Assembly (NCBI RefSeq): GCF_009914755.1
Contig: NC_060947.1
DNA: 64,000 nucleotides
Reading direction: 5' to 3' (one strand)
DNA from: the human T2T-CHM13v2.0 reference genome, Homo sapiens
Both the position numbers and the translations under genes were made by a program. The notes under the pieces were generated by a model. That model saw only the letters and a list, made by a program, of their open reading frames with translations, ran no database searches and had not been told where the DNA came from. Position 1 is the stretch's first letter, and each line of letters starts with the position of its first letter. Below are positions 34,376 to 48,093 of this stretch, one piece after another.

Positions 34376-36254
34376 GGAGCATCTCTCCAGCTTACTTTAA
34401 AAAGTGGTGAGAAAAATGTGAGTCAATTCATGTCAATGAATGAATGAAGGAATGAAGGGGTTCCACCCTTCTCATCCTCATTTGTTTGTGCCTTTATCAT
34501 TGAACTTGTAATAGTTTGCCATACACTGCAGAAATTTATGTTTCTGTCTCACCTACTAGATTCTAAGTAATTGGAAGGCTTAAGCTATATTACTTCATTT
34601 ATCTCTTTCTTTCATGTAATGCCTATGGCACACGGTGGTTCCTCAGCAGTCTGAATTATGATGTGCCAGACACTGTTCTCAGTACTTCACGTATATTCAT
34701 TCATTTAAACCTCAAATGTTCAAGTGAGAATGATGAAAGCTTAGGTGAATTCATTGACAATGAGGATGGAAAATGAATTAAAGAGGATGATTGAGCAGGC
34801 CCTCTTAACAGTTTTTTAAAAATCTTCTATCAAATTCAAGGAAATAGTTTGGGTAACACTTTATCCAAGAAAGCTTTGAGATTTTATTATCTTTAATAAT
34901 TTTACCCTTTGTTCACGACTATATGTTTCTGTCCTATGAAATAAAACACAGGACAGGCTCCCAAGTCCTCTGATTTTTTAATTCCATGCTTATCAGCTTC
35001 CAGAGAAATTTTGTTAGGAGAAATATGTCCCAGGTCCAGTTCTATGCTGTAGTGAGCTTTGGACAAATCACTTTCCCTTGTTTTCCTCCTTATGTATTCC
35101 TAAGTTGTAGGAAATAATAATGGCTATTTCCTTAAGACAAAATACATAATTCATAACCATATTAGTGAGTTTCTTGGAGCAAAGTTACTATATTTAAGTG
35201 TGACTATTAATAGTGTTTATATAAGCAGTAATCCTGCTTTCACATGTCCTAAGTAGAAGAAAATGTATTTTTTATATTCCAAGTGAAAATCTAAACATTA
35301 AAGGATAATCAGATATAAAAAATAAAAATAAATTCAGTATGTTATCCAGAGTTTCATTAGCTATGTAATACTTATCTTTAAAAGTACCAGCAGGACAACA
35401 GACCCTGTGGATTCTGTGAGGGGAAGGTGTTGTTGCTATCCCAAAGCTCTGAGATCAAGGATAAGCTATTGCTGTAAACATGAAGGGGAAGTTGCTTATA
35501 CTATAATCCCTGAGTTGGCAGCAAGAGAAAGGATGACTCCATTTACTATACTTCCCCAGATCCTCCATGGGATTCTTGGATACCTTAGAGAAAGAGCTAT
35601 GGCAACAAGAACCAGCTTAAAAAATACATAAGGTTCAGCCTCAGGATCGCCTACTAGTTGAAACTCCTAGAAAAGTCATCATTTCATTATATACTCTTCC
35701 TGGAATTGACACGACTCCAAGGTTCCAATCTATTCATTGTCTATTTGTTCTGTTTTGTTTTGCCCTGGTTGAAGGTACATTGCACCCAAATAATTGGCTT
35801 AAAATTGGCAAAATTCAAACAAACTTATTACCTAACATCAGGTAGACCACCAAAAATTCCTGGCCATTTTACTGAACTCAATTCATGTGTTTTGCTGATT
35901 TTTTTTTCTTGATGATCTGCATAGAAAAATCTGCTTGAAGGACTTCTGGTAGTGAAGCTGCAATGGCAGTCTGCTACTGGGGCAACTGTCACAAAGAAAA
36001 TGCAAAGAACATAAAGAATTTCTCATATTTTCCTATTATATTTAAACAGAACTGGTGTTAAATATTTTTTATTCATAATAGCCCTTCATGTTCTTATATC
36101 TACTTCTATTTTCTATGCATTATTTATAGAGCAGTGGATAACTTCTGAATTGTCTTATAAAATTTAAAATAAATTTGAATCCATTCAAATTCTGAAAATT
36201 CTTGAAATAAAAGTTACAGTCGAGATACATGAAGTGTCATTTAAATATAAGGTG

Positions 36255-36570
36255 AGGAGCTCGCACATAACTAAACATGTGGAGGCTCCTGAAAGGTGCT
36301 GCACCCAGGGAGGGCATGGAAGCTCTGCACCCCTTTCCCATACCTTGCCCTGCACATTTCTTCATCTGTATTCTTTGCAATATCTTTTCTTTTAAGAGAT
36401 GGAATCTCTCTCTGATGCCCAGTCTGGAGTGCAGTGGTGCTATTATAGCTCACTGCAGACTTGAACTCTGAGGCTCAAGTGATCCCAGCCTCCCAAGTCG
36501 CTGGAATTATAAGCATGAGACACTGCACCCAGCTTGTAATATCTTTTATAATAAACTAGTAAACATAAAA
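36255..36570 (+). mobile_element. MER21-like LTR fragment with antisense FLAM monomer (36389-36533)
   Basis: cccagggagggcatggaagctctgcaccc...; FLAM TSD ttg(c/t)aatatctttt at 36375-36388 and 36534-36547. Confidence 0.75.
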
Positions 36571-36791
36571 AATAAATAAAAATAAAAATAAAGTGATTGA
36601 TTTTATAATGTGAAGACTTGAACTCATCCATTCAAATAAGTGTCATTCTCTTCTAAGTGTTCCACATGAGAGAACGTATCATATGACCATAATTATTATA
36701 TTATTATGATGAATACATAATTAATATATTATTATATTAATATGATTATTAATCATCATATCATCATTATTTCAGTGAAGAAAGCTACTGA

Positions 36792-37139
<348 letters not shown>

Positions 37140-38031
37140 TGAATCTTCTTCATTCTTGGAGTTACCTCTGGAGCCTGTTTGTCATTCATTTATCCATGTG
37201 ATCCATAATTTAGCATCTTCTTTGTGCCAGTAACCATTTCTGTATTACTCTCATCATTTGTAGATGGATACGATTTTCTTAAACTAAAACTAAAAAGTAA
37301 TTTGAAATTACTCTAATAACTGTAAAACTGACAAATATTTTACACCAAATATTTTGGTGTAAAACATGGTGCAATAATTGGTGAAAACAGCTTTCTCAAG
37401 TGGCCTTCAGCTGGCTTCAAATAAAATTCCAGATGATGAATTCCAAAGCTGCTTTGAGCACTGACAATAGTATTGGAATAAGTGTTACTTTGCGAAGACA
37501 CCTTTATTGGATGTGAAATGCTTAGAATATATTAAAAATAGAATATTTAATTTGCATAAATAGAATGTGCAAATTGTTTTATGTGTACATATCAGTGTTA
37601 TTTTATATCTTCGACTATACTGCATAGTGTGCTCTTGCTTCATAAAATTAAATCAATGTCTACCATTTCTGTCATCTATTCTATTCATGATAATGTAAAC
37701 TAAATGTTAGTGAGTTCATCACAGTTGTCATGTAATGTACAATCATTTGTTGAATTTTCCCTGGCCTGTAAAATCACTGGATAGGGGCTCCCTGTAAAAC
37801 TAAGGCTAGGACCTTTGCAAACAAAACTAGTGTGATAAGGAAAACTTCAAAATTATGCTTTTGATTCCACAGATTTAAGATTGATGCTTCATTATGATAT
37901 GATATAGTATTCTTAAATGGAGTATCTTATTTTATTGCCAGTATCTACTACTAGCTTATGACTGGAATATTTTCGTTTGATGCCTTCTCACCAGCATGGT
38001 TGTTAATCCTCTTTGAAACTTTAAATTATGT

Positions 38032-38257
38032 TCATGTTATTTTCTCCCACGAGCAGCTGAAAGATGTAATTTGGTTGTCTGATTGTATTTTTTCTTTTCC
38101 ACATATCAAATTATTTGTCACTATGTCAACACTAAAACGATTAATGCTGTTTGTTGAAACATCAGGAGTATTAATAGTCCTATTAAAATGAGATGGGTTA
38201 TAAATACTATCAGAGCTGATCAATGCAGCATATTATTATGGAAAGAAAGGTAGCTGC
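38032..38257 (-). pseudogene. Candidate terminal exon of a minus-strand gene or gene relic
   Basis: Strong acceptor gtgcatcttttctttag|G. Reads QLPFFP**YAALISSDSIYNPSHF...WEKIT*. AATAAA on the minus strand at 37931-37936. Confidence 0.3.
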
Positions 38258-38326
38258 CTAAAGAAAAGATGCACATTCTTCTCAAACGTTGGCTAAGGCA
38301 GAATGACTAAGGTTGATTTCACTCAC

Positions 38327-38485
38327 TGTAGAAGCTGTGCATTTCCAATTGTAAAAATAAATTTATACTTAAAAAGAAGCTCCAATAGAGCATACAACAT
38401 AGCTATCTTGTGAGTAAATGACATATATTTTGTGCTTTGCGTTCTTGTCCATGAGAGTACTGTGGCTACAAAGCCCTGTAGACAC
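38327..38485 (-). pseudogene. Candidate internal exon (159 nt, phase 2-2)
   Basis: ttttatattgtactag| ... |gtgagt. The only open frame reads CLQGFVATVLSW...LLFKYKFIFTIGNAQLL. Confidence 0.35.
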
Positions 38486-38599
38486 CTAGTACAATATAAA
38501 AAGTCTGTCAAAACTAAAGAAAGGATGAAAGTCTATGTAGAAAGACAGCACTCCATCACTGAACAGTTATTCTGATCATTTTCTATTGGATTAAATAAA

Positions 38600-38840
38600 A
38601 AGCTGTAATTGCATAAACTCTGGAACCAAATTGCCTGGATTTGAAACCTAGCTTTGCCATTAACTAGTTGTGTTACTCTAAGTAAATTTATTTCACCACT
38701 CTGTGCCTCAGTTTTATCATCTATAAAATGGGAATAGCAATAATAATAATAATTTCATCACAGGGTTGTTGTGAGGATTACATGAATTCATACATATAAG
38801 GACTTTGAACAGCACCAGGCATATAGTAAGTGCTCTTATT
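38600..38840 (+). mobile_element. MIR, near full length
   Basis: ctctgtgcctcagttttatcatctataaaatggg...gttgttgtgaggattac. Confidence 0.85.
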
Positions 38841-39180
38841 ACTAAACGTTGTTGAGATAATTATTTTGTTTTAGCTGAATAAATAAGATGATGATATTTT
38901 CTTTCATGGCTACTATTTGAAAATTTCCTTCATTTTATGTCTTGCTGGTGGTAGTCTGGGTTATATACGTGTATTTTGAATAGAGATTATTTTTAAAAGT
39001 TAAATGATAAGTTTGGTTAGTTGACTTATAAGATCTCATCAGGCTCTGAGATGTGATGATACTATAATTCTTGGAAATGCACATGTATATAAATATCTTG
39101 TGTCTCTCAGGAGTAATTAACCTGTTATTAATCACAATAATCAATAAAATGCCAACTCTGAAAATAGGATCATAAACTAC

Positions 39181-39364
39181 CTACTATTACCAGTCACTTT
39201 AGCAATTATGTTAAGACAGAGCTTGGTTTGTATAACGCAAGTCAACATAAAGTGTGAAAGGACAGACATGTTCACTGTGCATAAACGACAAATTATTGAA
39301 GAATTAGAATAATTAAAAACTTGTAAATATTTAGGTCTTCTGCAAATAATCTGACATCCCATAA
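39181..39364 (-). pseudogene. Candidate internal exon (184 nt, phase 1-2)
   Basis: Strong acceptor ttatcttttctttcctttag|. Open frame MGCQIICRRPKYLQVFNYSNSS...AKVTGNS. Donor gtagtt is weak; alternative gtaata at 39190. Confidence 0.3.
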
Positions 39365-40456
39365 CTAAAGGAAAGAAAAGATAATACAAAGCAAACAAAA
39401 AATACATTTATTTTGGCATACAAAATAAAACCTTTTATTTCCAGGAAACAAAATTAAGACTATATTTATTTGAAGTATAATGTCTTGTAAGTACTTGGTG
39501 TTTGAAAGCAGTCCAATATATACTTGGAAGTGATCACATGTATTACTACAGTTCTAACTATTTCTCAAATATTACTTTTTCTCTTTATCCATTCCCCAAA
39601 CCACAAATAAAAATATCATTTAACCACTTGGAGTAAACAGACAGAAATAATTCACATTTTGGCTCAGGTTCACAACAGTAGCACTTACTAGTTATATGAC
39701 ATTAGCAATTTACTTCATATCCCTTTAATATATTTTTCAAACGAGGTTAATATATATCTTGTATTAGTTTTACAAGTATAAATTAAGATAACATTTATAA
39801 AATACTTGTGCCAGGCACAATAGAAGATACTGATTTATCTTCTATAGATAAATAGAAGATACTCAATAGAAGATATTGATTTGCTGCAAGAGCAGAAAAG
39901 GCATATAATAGCATTCATTTTGACAGTTTCTTCATGAGAAGGTTAGATAAATAGCAAACAAAGGTGTGGAGAGCTCAGCCCAGTAAAGAAAGAAAATGGC
40001 CTGAGAGAAGTCTGTGATATGCAGTGATCAATGCACTGGTTTATAACTTCTAGGAGCCGAAAGGTGATATCTAATGCATCTTTTATCTTCCACAGCACCC
40101 AATACACGTTAACTGCTACATTCTTATTTAAATAGGGATTTAAATAGCAAATTTAATATATGAACATGTGTATGAACATATTGAGGAGAAAGAGAGATTT
40201 TATTTGGAAAGTACTGAGTTGACCACATATAAATTAGAAGAATGATTGTAAGGATGAGATGTAAGGCGGGATAATATTGGTGAGTACATGATGTAGAATA
40301 GAAACGGCTAAAATATGACAATATAAACGTTAATTCTCTGAAGGATTAGCAACATGAAAGTTACTTTACCTCATGTGTTCTATCAATCGCCATTTTCTAA
40401 CAATTTTTTTCCTAAATATATTTTAATCTATTACCTACTGCCTATTCCTACTCTTA

Positions 40457-40770
<314 letters not shown>

Positions 40771-40989
40771 ATATTTCAGTTTTAGGCTCTCATCTCTCAC
40801 CTAGGTTCCTGCAACAATCTCTTAGCTGCTTTTTCTGCCCTTAACCTTCCATTTTCCACACCCTAGGCATAATGTGTTTTTTTCTATAATGCTAATCTTA
40901 ATATGTCACTTTCCTTCTGAAAACATTTCATTGACACCACATGAACTATATGATTAAGCTCAAATAATAGCATTATCAAGGTAAGATCA

Positions 40990-41720
40990 TGTTGCGTTTT
41001 GTGTATGTCTAGAAAAAGGACAATGAGATTATGAAACTGGAGAGTATTAGTAGAGATGGAGACAAGGAGGCAGATTTGAAAGCTATTTGGGAGATATGAT
41101 GCTCAGAAATTTGTGATTAAGTGGTTGATGAGTGAGAAGAAAGTATAAAAGTTTGAAAGCCTCTTTCTCATCAATGAATATAGGAGTAGGAATAGTAATA
41201 AAAGCTTCACATAGGTAGAAATATCTAGAAGGCAGACTGGAGCCTGGAGGAGAGGCCTGGCTGGAAATACAAATGTAGAAGTCAGAAGTTAGGTGGAGTT
41301 GAAAAAAAGGAGATGATAGGATTTTCAGTAGAATCAAAAGAGCATTGGCCCAAGATTGAAACTCTGCTAAACACCTACACTTAATTGGAGGATGGAAGGA
41401 AGACGAGCACACCAAAAAGGACTGGAAGAAAAAATTGGGTGTTATGAAGTCAATGTATGACACTACAAAGGCCAAGGGAGTAGGGCACTTCAAGAAAGAG
41501 GGGATGATCATCAATGTGAAATGCAACAACAAACTTGAATAAGGAAAAGCATGAAAAGCATCTTTGGATTTGAAATAAAATATCTACTGATAACCTGAGC
41601 CAGAACACTGAGGATCATAGAATCCAGATGAAGTAAAATAGAGTGTAAAGTAGAGTGATGACGTGAAAAAGCAAGTATAGATTATACTTTCAAATGTTTC
41701 ATGAGAGACTGAATGAAAGC
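40990..41720 (-). mobile_element. L2 fragment (further L2 pieces at about 40400-40970 and 42200-43330)
   Basis: Degenerate purine-rich antisense L2 (ggagaggcctggctggaaatac...). Confidence 0.55.
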
Positions 41721-42286
41721 TAGAGGGGAACATAATATAAAATGGCATTTTGGGGGTTTCTTTGTTGGGGAGAAAAGAGAAAAGTTTTAGAAAAACTATA
41801 GACTTAAAGCTCAGGGGAAAATATTTTTATCTCTACATCTCTATATTTATCTACCTACCTATCTATCTATTTATCTATTTAGACTGAAGGGGAAAAAAAA
41901 GGAAATCAGTGATGGAACTAGGGCCCAAAGGCAACAGAAATGGACACAAGATGGAGCCAAAGCCATCAGTAGATGTGTAAGCCACAATGTGCATGATTAA
42001 ATAAGAAGAAAATCTGCTGAGAATCACAAGGGTCAGGAGTAGGAAAATGTGAGGAAAATAAAAAAGCGTGATGAATAAAGATAAGTAAAACATTGACTGT
42101 CAATCCTCCGCACACAGAAAATATAGCAAAAACAATGTATTTGATATGATGCTGGCCTGCTGAGTTTTGTGGCACTCTTCAGCACTGTTTAGCTTCCCAG
42201 AATATGGGGAGAATATGTTTGCTAATAGTAGTAGGATTTGAAGTTTTGCTGGTTATATTATGTGAAATATCTGAGTGTAAGGCATT

Positions 42287-42647
42287 CACTATAGTCTGAA
42301 TATTTGAGCCCCCCATTCATATCTTGAAGTCCTAATACCAAAGGTAATGAAATTAGGAGGTGGGGCTTGTGGGAGGTGATTAGGTCATGAGACTGGGGCC
42401 CTTATGAATAGGTTCAGTGCCCTTATAGAAGAGGCCAGAGAGATCCCTCCCCACTTCCATGATATGAGGAGGCAAGGCAGGAAGAAGGTGCCATCTGTGA
42501 ATCAGAAAGCCCTCACTGGACACTGAACCTGCAGGTGCTTTGGTCTTCTACTTCCCAGCCTACAGAACTGTAAGCAATAAATTTATGATGTTTATAAGCC
42601 ACACGGTTTATGATATTTTGTTACAGCAGCCCAGGTGAACTGAGACA
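42287..42647 (+). mobile_element. MLT1A-type solo LTR
   Basis: ctatagtctgaat...ggaggtggggc...cagaactgtaagcaataaattt...gagaca. Confidence 0.85.
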
Positions 42648-42944
42648 GAACTGAAGGCGCTAGTTAGAAAGCAAGTAGCTTCAATGATTAATCAAGAGGT
42701 CTGGATTGGGCATAGAAGGAAAAATGCAGCAGAGGACTCATCAACTGAGAGAAAATGGAAGGAAAACAGATTGGAGATGTCTATGTGATTTAAAATGTGC
42801 AGAGGAAATACAGTAATGAGGGAAATAAAATAACAGGTGGTTGAGATCATTGAGTAGAGTACTTAAATCTAAGATTTCTGAGATGGTTCCAGATGAAATG
42901 GGTGGCTGAAGTGATATGAAAATCACTGGAGTTAGGAATGTTCT

Positions 42945-43253
42945 GGCTGGGTGCAGTGGCTCATGCCTGTAATCCCATTCTGGGAGGCCAAGGTGAGAGG
43001 ATTGCTTGAGCCCAGGAGTTCAAGACTAGACTGGGCCATGTAGTGGGACCCTATCAACAACAACTACAACAACTAAAACTACAACAACTTAGCCAAGAAT
43101 TGTGGCACGCATTTGTAAGTGCCAGCAACTTGGGAGGCTGAAGCTGAAGGATCACTTGAGCCTGGAAGGTCGAGGCTGCAGTGAGAATATGCCACTGCAC
43201 GCCACCTACGTGAAAGAGCAAGACCCTGTCTCAAAACAAAAAAAAAAAAAAAA
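42945..43253 (+). mobile_element. AluJ
   Basis: ggattgcttgagcccaggagttcaagac and gaccctgtctc diagnostics. Confidence 0.9.
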
Positions 43254-43781
43254 GAAGGTTCAAAACTCTGCCAGAAATTGTGATAAATGGGTCATTAATA
43301 TGAATACTGAAATTTTCTAAGATTATGGCAGAAATTGTGAATTTCTGCCATAATTGTATGATTGTGAATCACACAATCACTTGGTATTGTAATGTAATCT
43401 TTACATAATTACCTACTCTCTAAACCAGAGACATGCCTATAAACTAGAGAAAGTTGAGTTGGAGGGGGCAGAGGTCAGTCTCCAGACACCTCAGCATTTG
43501 AGAGAATCAATAACAGCACATGTCTGAACCATTCTTTATTTTTTATGGTGTTAATAATGTGCTGGTTAAGGGCCTGGATTTTATTGCTAGATACTTGGAG
43601 TCAAGTTCTGATTTTGTCATTTACTGGCAATGGAAATTTTTTTTGTTTTTTTAAATGTTGTGATGATCACAGTTCTTAGCATATGGGAGGTTTGTGAAGT
43701 TAAAGCTAGATAAAGCATTTCACATTGTGCTAGGTATGTAGTTACTGTTCAGTAAATGTTAGTTATAATTACTGTTAATAC

Positions 43782-43945
43782 CAGGAATGTTTTCAGGAAA
43801 ACTATACGTTTTAGGGTTATTCTTGGATGGGAATATTGTCAGGAGTTTTTGAACATATTCCTTGAAAACACCAACAGATTCTTCTGTTGGGATTTCATTT
43901 GGCTGGTTGGTCAAGCTTTCCCGTTCTTTGTTAAAAGATATGAAC
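43782..43945 (-). pseudogene. Candidate internal exon (164 nt, phase 2-1)
   Basis: The only open frame reads FISFNKERESLTNQPNEIPTEESVGVFKEYVQKLL...PENIP. Splice sites are weak (aaatatag|, |gtatta). Confidence 0.3.
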
Positions 43946-44117
43946 CTATATTTGCATGCATTGCTCATGTAAACACATACACATTCACAAAAATGTTGAG
44001 CAAAGTGTGTTCAACAAATCTGTGTTTTTGTTAAACTTAGTAATTAGTGTTTATCATGACAACTATGGCTACAAAGAATAAAAGGAAGATAAATATTTTA
44101 GGAACTCATTACTTAGA

Positions 44118-44452
44118 ATTTTTTAAAATTTTTAGGTTCAGAGGTACATGTGCAGGTTTTTTATATGAGCAAACTGCATGTCACGGGAGTTTGGGGTACA
44201 GATTGTTTTATCACTAACATAATATGCATAGTACCCAATAGTTAGTTTTTTTATCGTCACCCTGCTGCCACCCTCCACCCTTGAGTTGGCCCCAGTGTTG
44301 TTGTTCCCTTCTTTGTGATCAAGTGTACTCAGTGTTTAGCTCCTACTTATAAGTGAGAACATGTGGTATTTGATTTTCTGTTTCTGCATTAGTTCACTTA
44401 GGATAATGGCCTCCAACTGCATCTGTGTTGCTGCAAAGGACATTGGTTTTTT
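44118..44452 (-). mobile_element. L1PA15/16-like 3' end
   Basis: ggttcagaggtacatgtgcagg...tataagtgagaacatgtggtatttg. Confidence 0.85.
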
Positions 44453-44718
44453 TCTTGTGGTGAATTTTAATTTTTATTTCAAAGACTATTTTATACATTT
44501 ATTAAATTATAGTGTTTTACAGACAAAATGTTGTATTTCAATTTTGAGAATTGAAAATGTTCTATGCTTTTTAACAAATTATATAAAAGGGGGTAAGATG
44601 AACACATTTCAAATTATACTGAATACTTCAGAAAAAACTTCTAATCAGTTATTCATACAATCGTGATTTTCTAATTATGCCGTGTATATTGCAGAATATA
44701 CGTGAATGATATGGATAA

Positions 44719-45095
44719 TTATATGGTTTCGCTGTGCCCCCACCCACGTCTCATCTTGAATTGTAGTTGTCATAATCCCCATGTGTCATGGGAGGGACCA
44801 GGTGGAGAGAATTGAATCACGGGGCCAGTTTCCCCCATCCTGTTCTCATGATAGTGAGTTAATTCTCACAAGATGTGATGGTTTTATGAGGGATTTCTCC
44901 CTTCACTCTGTACTCATTCTTCTCCTTCCTGCAGCCATGTGAAGAAGGATGTGTTTGCTTCCCCTTCCACCATGATTGTAAGTTTCCTGAGGCTTCTCTA
45001 GCCCTGCAGAATTGTGAGTCAATTAAAGCTCTTTTCTTTATAAATTACCCAGACTCGTGCAGTTCTTTACAGCAGTGTAAGAATGGACTAATACA
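44719..45095 (+). mobile_element. THE1D-like solo LTR
   Basis: atatggtttcgctgtgcccc...gaatggactaataca; TSD gataa/gaaaa. Confidence 0.9.
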
Positions 45096-45165
45096 GAAAA
45101 TGACAGAGAAATGTATTTCTCATTATCCATGAAATGATAATAATTACTTTAAAAATAAATCTTAC

Positions 45166-45238
45166 ATATCTGAATTATACTGTTTCTCTAAAGAAAGATT
45201 CACAAAGCAGTCAGGAACACTTGGTGAGTATATGCTCT
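45166..45238 (-). pseudogene. Candidate internal exon (73 nt, phase 1-2)
   Basis: ctttttctatccacataatttgacag| ... |gtaaga. Open frame SIYSPSVPDCFVNLSLEKQYNSD. Confidence 0.3.
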
Positions 45239-45827
45239 CTGTCAAATTATGTGGATAGAAAAAGTATGTAAATTTTAAAATGCTTCCTGAGATAATTTAT
45301 TTGCTTCAAGATCTCTTGTATCTTTGTGCTAAAATTGATGACAGGTAAAAAATTATGTATAAGTTATGCACTAACTAGAAAGGAATATTTTAGATTCACA
45401 GAACTGAAGTCACAAATCTTCTCCATAAGATTGAATCATAGCATATAAATTAAACAATCAAAATAAAACATCATTCAGTTTCAGCTAGATCATAAATCTC
45501 AGCTATGACCTTAAACACATAGCAACTACACAGCTAAAACAATATTTTAGAAGAACATCTAATATGGGAAAATAGTGATGGTGTATTATTAAGTAAAAAA
45601 CGTTACAGGGTAGGAACCCTATTTGTGGACAAAATGTAGACATGTAATACATTTAAGTAGCGATAACTGTGGAAAAACATACAATCATGTCAGGTCTTTT
45701 GATCGTTGAGTCATTGTACTATAGATATTTTCTTGGTTTTAATATTTTTCTCAGTACTACTTTTATAGCCAGAGGTGAAAGTAACAATTTTTAAAAGTTT
45801 TTAGAGTAGCAATTATGTGTAGAAAAC

Positions 45828-45985
45828 CTGGTATAATATAGTCTGTTATAAGGATATGCTGATCCTGTTCCCCAGCATTCAATGCTGGGTTTGTAATGGG
45901 GTTCTCTGCCAGTAGAATTCTTTAGTGCTGCAGTAATAGAAATGGCTGCAATTCTACAATGTCTTGGGGAAACCTTGACAAGGTC
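45828..45985 (-). pseudogene. Candidate exon (158 nt)
   Basis: Strong acceptor tctgtaattccattttag|. One frame is open (DLVKVSPRHCRI...); another has one stop and ends QDQHILITDYIIP. Donor is poor (gtttt). Confidence 0.25.
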
Positions 45986-47731
45986 CTAAAATGGAATTAC
46001 AGATTAAGAATTTTTACATTTCTATTCTCCACAGTATGAAAATAATGAGTCGCTTACAAGTCTTAAAGACATTCATGAATGTTTCAAATCCTTTCTCAAG
46101 TAGAATTGCAACATAGACTACAATGGAAACAATGTGGATATAGAGAGAATAATGTTATCATTCCCATTTCCACATGCTAATTTACAACCAGGCCTTGATT
46201 TAGAAATGCAATGGCAGTTGAAAAGCAATTATGGATCACTTGGATGCAGTTTTCCTGATGAAGTCTATTATAGTTTCAGGAGTCAATAAACCCCTAAATT
46301 ATCTTGAATTTTTTTAAACAACTTGTTGAATTAATGCTGCCTAGTACCATCCTACCGAGAGCAAAACTTTGCTGTAGCTAATAAACTCCTTCAAGATTGC
46401 TGTTGACAAGTTAAGTTTTAAACAGTTCTCTTTGAAGGTGTAGTTTGAATATTGCAGTTTTTCTGATTTGTTTTTAATATAGAAATTATGCAAATCATAT
46501 TTAAAACAGTATATTTAATTTGGCAGCAGTTCATGGAATGAATGGAGTACAGGGTTGAGGGCATTGATGATAAGAGTTAAACTCTATTGTGTTGTAGAAA
46601 TCTATAGCCACCCCCTAGCCAGCCAATGCAGTGATCCTCCTAACAAAATAAACTTTTCTGCCATGGTTTGTTATGACTGTACACTATAGTGCTCACTCTA
46701 TGTCTTTCCAAATACTCTCAAGACATATAACAATCTATTAAACATGTATGTGGTATTATTGTCCAATACATTGGGTAGTAGTCTGCAAAATATGCTTGCT
46801 TCTTGTCCTTTATAAAAATGATGACATTCCTCTCTCATAGTTTTTCCATAATTTCTCTCTTTCCTTGTGATTCCTTAATAACTACTGAGACTGGTACGAA
46901 ACATTTATCTGCAAGTTTTTTAAAATAAGCCAGAATGCAATTTATCATTTCAAAAGCTTAATGGAAAATAATTTTTTAAGTCAGGGGAATTGTGAGAAAA
47001 CATACATAAAGAGATGAAAAATAAGTCAGAGGATGTTTATTGAGTAAATAAAATGGCACAATTACAAAATAAATTAAAGTGGGAGAAAATAAATGGGCAT
47101 TGTCTATGTGTTTTTAATTCTATTCTACAATAAAAATCTTGGGGTAAAGGTGAAGCAGATCTCCTCTGCCAAGAAATGTAAGACGAGCATTTATTACATT
47201 AACTAAAGAGACATTTTCATAAGAGCAAGAGGTTATATCTACGTGTATAATTTTTATATGCTATGAGATGTTGGGAATTTGTTTATCTACTTTGTGCATT
47301 TATTTCTTTATCTGTATAATGGAGGTAATAATATATCCTCAAGAGTTGCTCTGATGAATAGGTAGGATAATTTATTAAAGCCTCTGGCACAATTACTTTG
47401 ATTTAATTTAAACCCAAATGCAATAAACCTGAATGGATTATTTCTTAATTTTCATTTGTCTAGTTTTTTATGTAATCAAGTATTTTAGTACCTCAATATT
47501 TAAAATATTTGATTAGAATTTTTCTTAGAGCATATATTCCTGACTCACAATATTCTTGAGGGATTATGTTTTTGTTTATAATTTGGGAGATGTACTGGTT
47601 TCAGAAATATTTATTCTGACTCCTGCTGACATTTATAACAAAACATGGAAATGATAAATACTCAAGGTGAAGGATACCCTAAATATTCTGACTAGTTGAT
47701 TACACATTCTATGCATGTAACATAATATTAC

Positions 47732-48093
47732 TAACATGGTTTGGCTTTGTCCCCACCCAAATCTCATCTTGAATTGTAGCTCCCACAATTCCCACATGTT
47801 GTGGGAGGGACCTGGTGGGAGACAATTGAATCATGGGGTCGGTTTTCCCCATACTGTTCTTGTGGTAGTGAGTAAGCCTCACGAGATCTGATGATTTTAT
47901 AAGGAGAAACCCCTTTCACTTGGTTCTCATTCTCTTTTGTCTGCCACCACATAAAATGTGCCTTTTGCCTTCCACCATGATTGTGAGGCATCCCCAGCCA
48001 TGTGGAACTGTGAGTCGATTAAGCTGCTTTTTCTTTATAAATTACTCAGTCTTGGGTATGTCTTTATCAGCAGCATGAAAACAAACTAATACA
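47732..48093 (+). mobile_element. THE1B-like solo LTR inside an L1MA 3' fragment (about 47630-48170)
   Basis: catggtttggctttgtcccc...aaactaataca. Perfect TSD ATTAC at 47727-47731 and 48094-48098. Confidence 0.92.

Noticed and set aside
38935-39144. Minus-strand ORF as an additional exon of the candidate chain
   Set aside because: The in-frame join would need an intron of about 60 nt, and the alternative donor gives an immediate stop. Kept out of the model.
45500-45827. Extension of the KDELC-like match (H-NCYS, WL) beyond 45828
   Set aside because: It needs frameshifts and runs into what looks like an L1ME 3' remnant; over-interpretation.
45194-46290. Plus-strand exon candidates (45194-45223 with gtgagt; strong acceptor at 46034)
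   Set aside because: Isolated, with an in-frame stop and no partner exons. They also show how readily exon-like signals arise by chance here.
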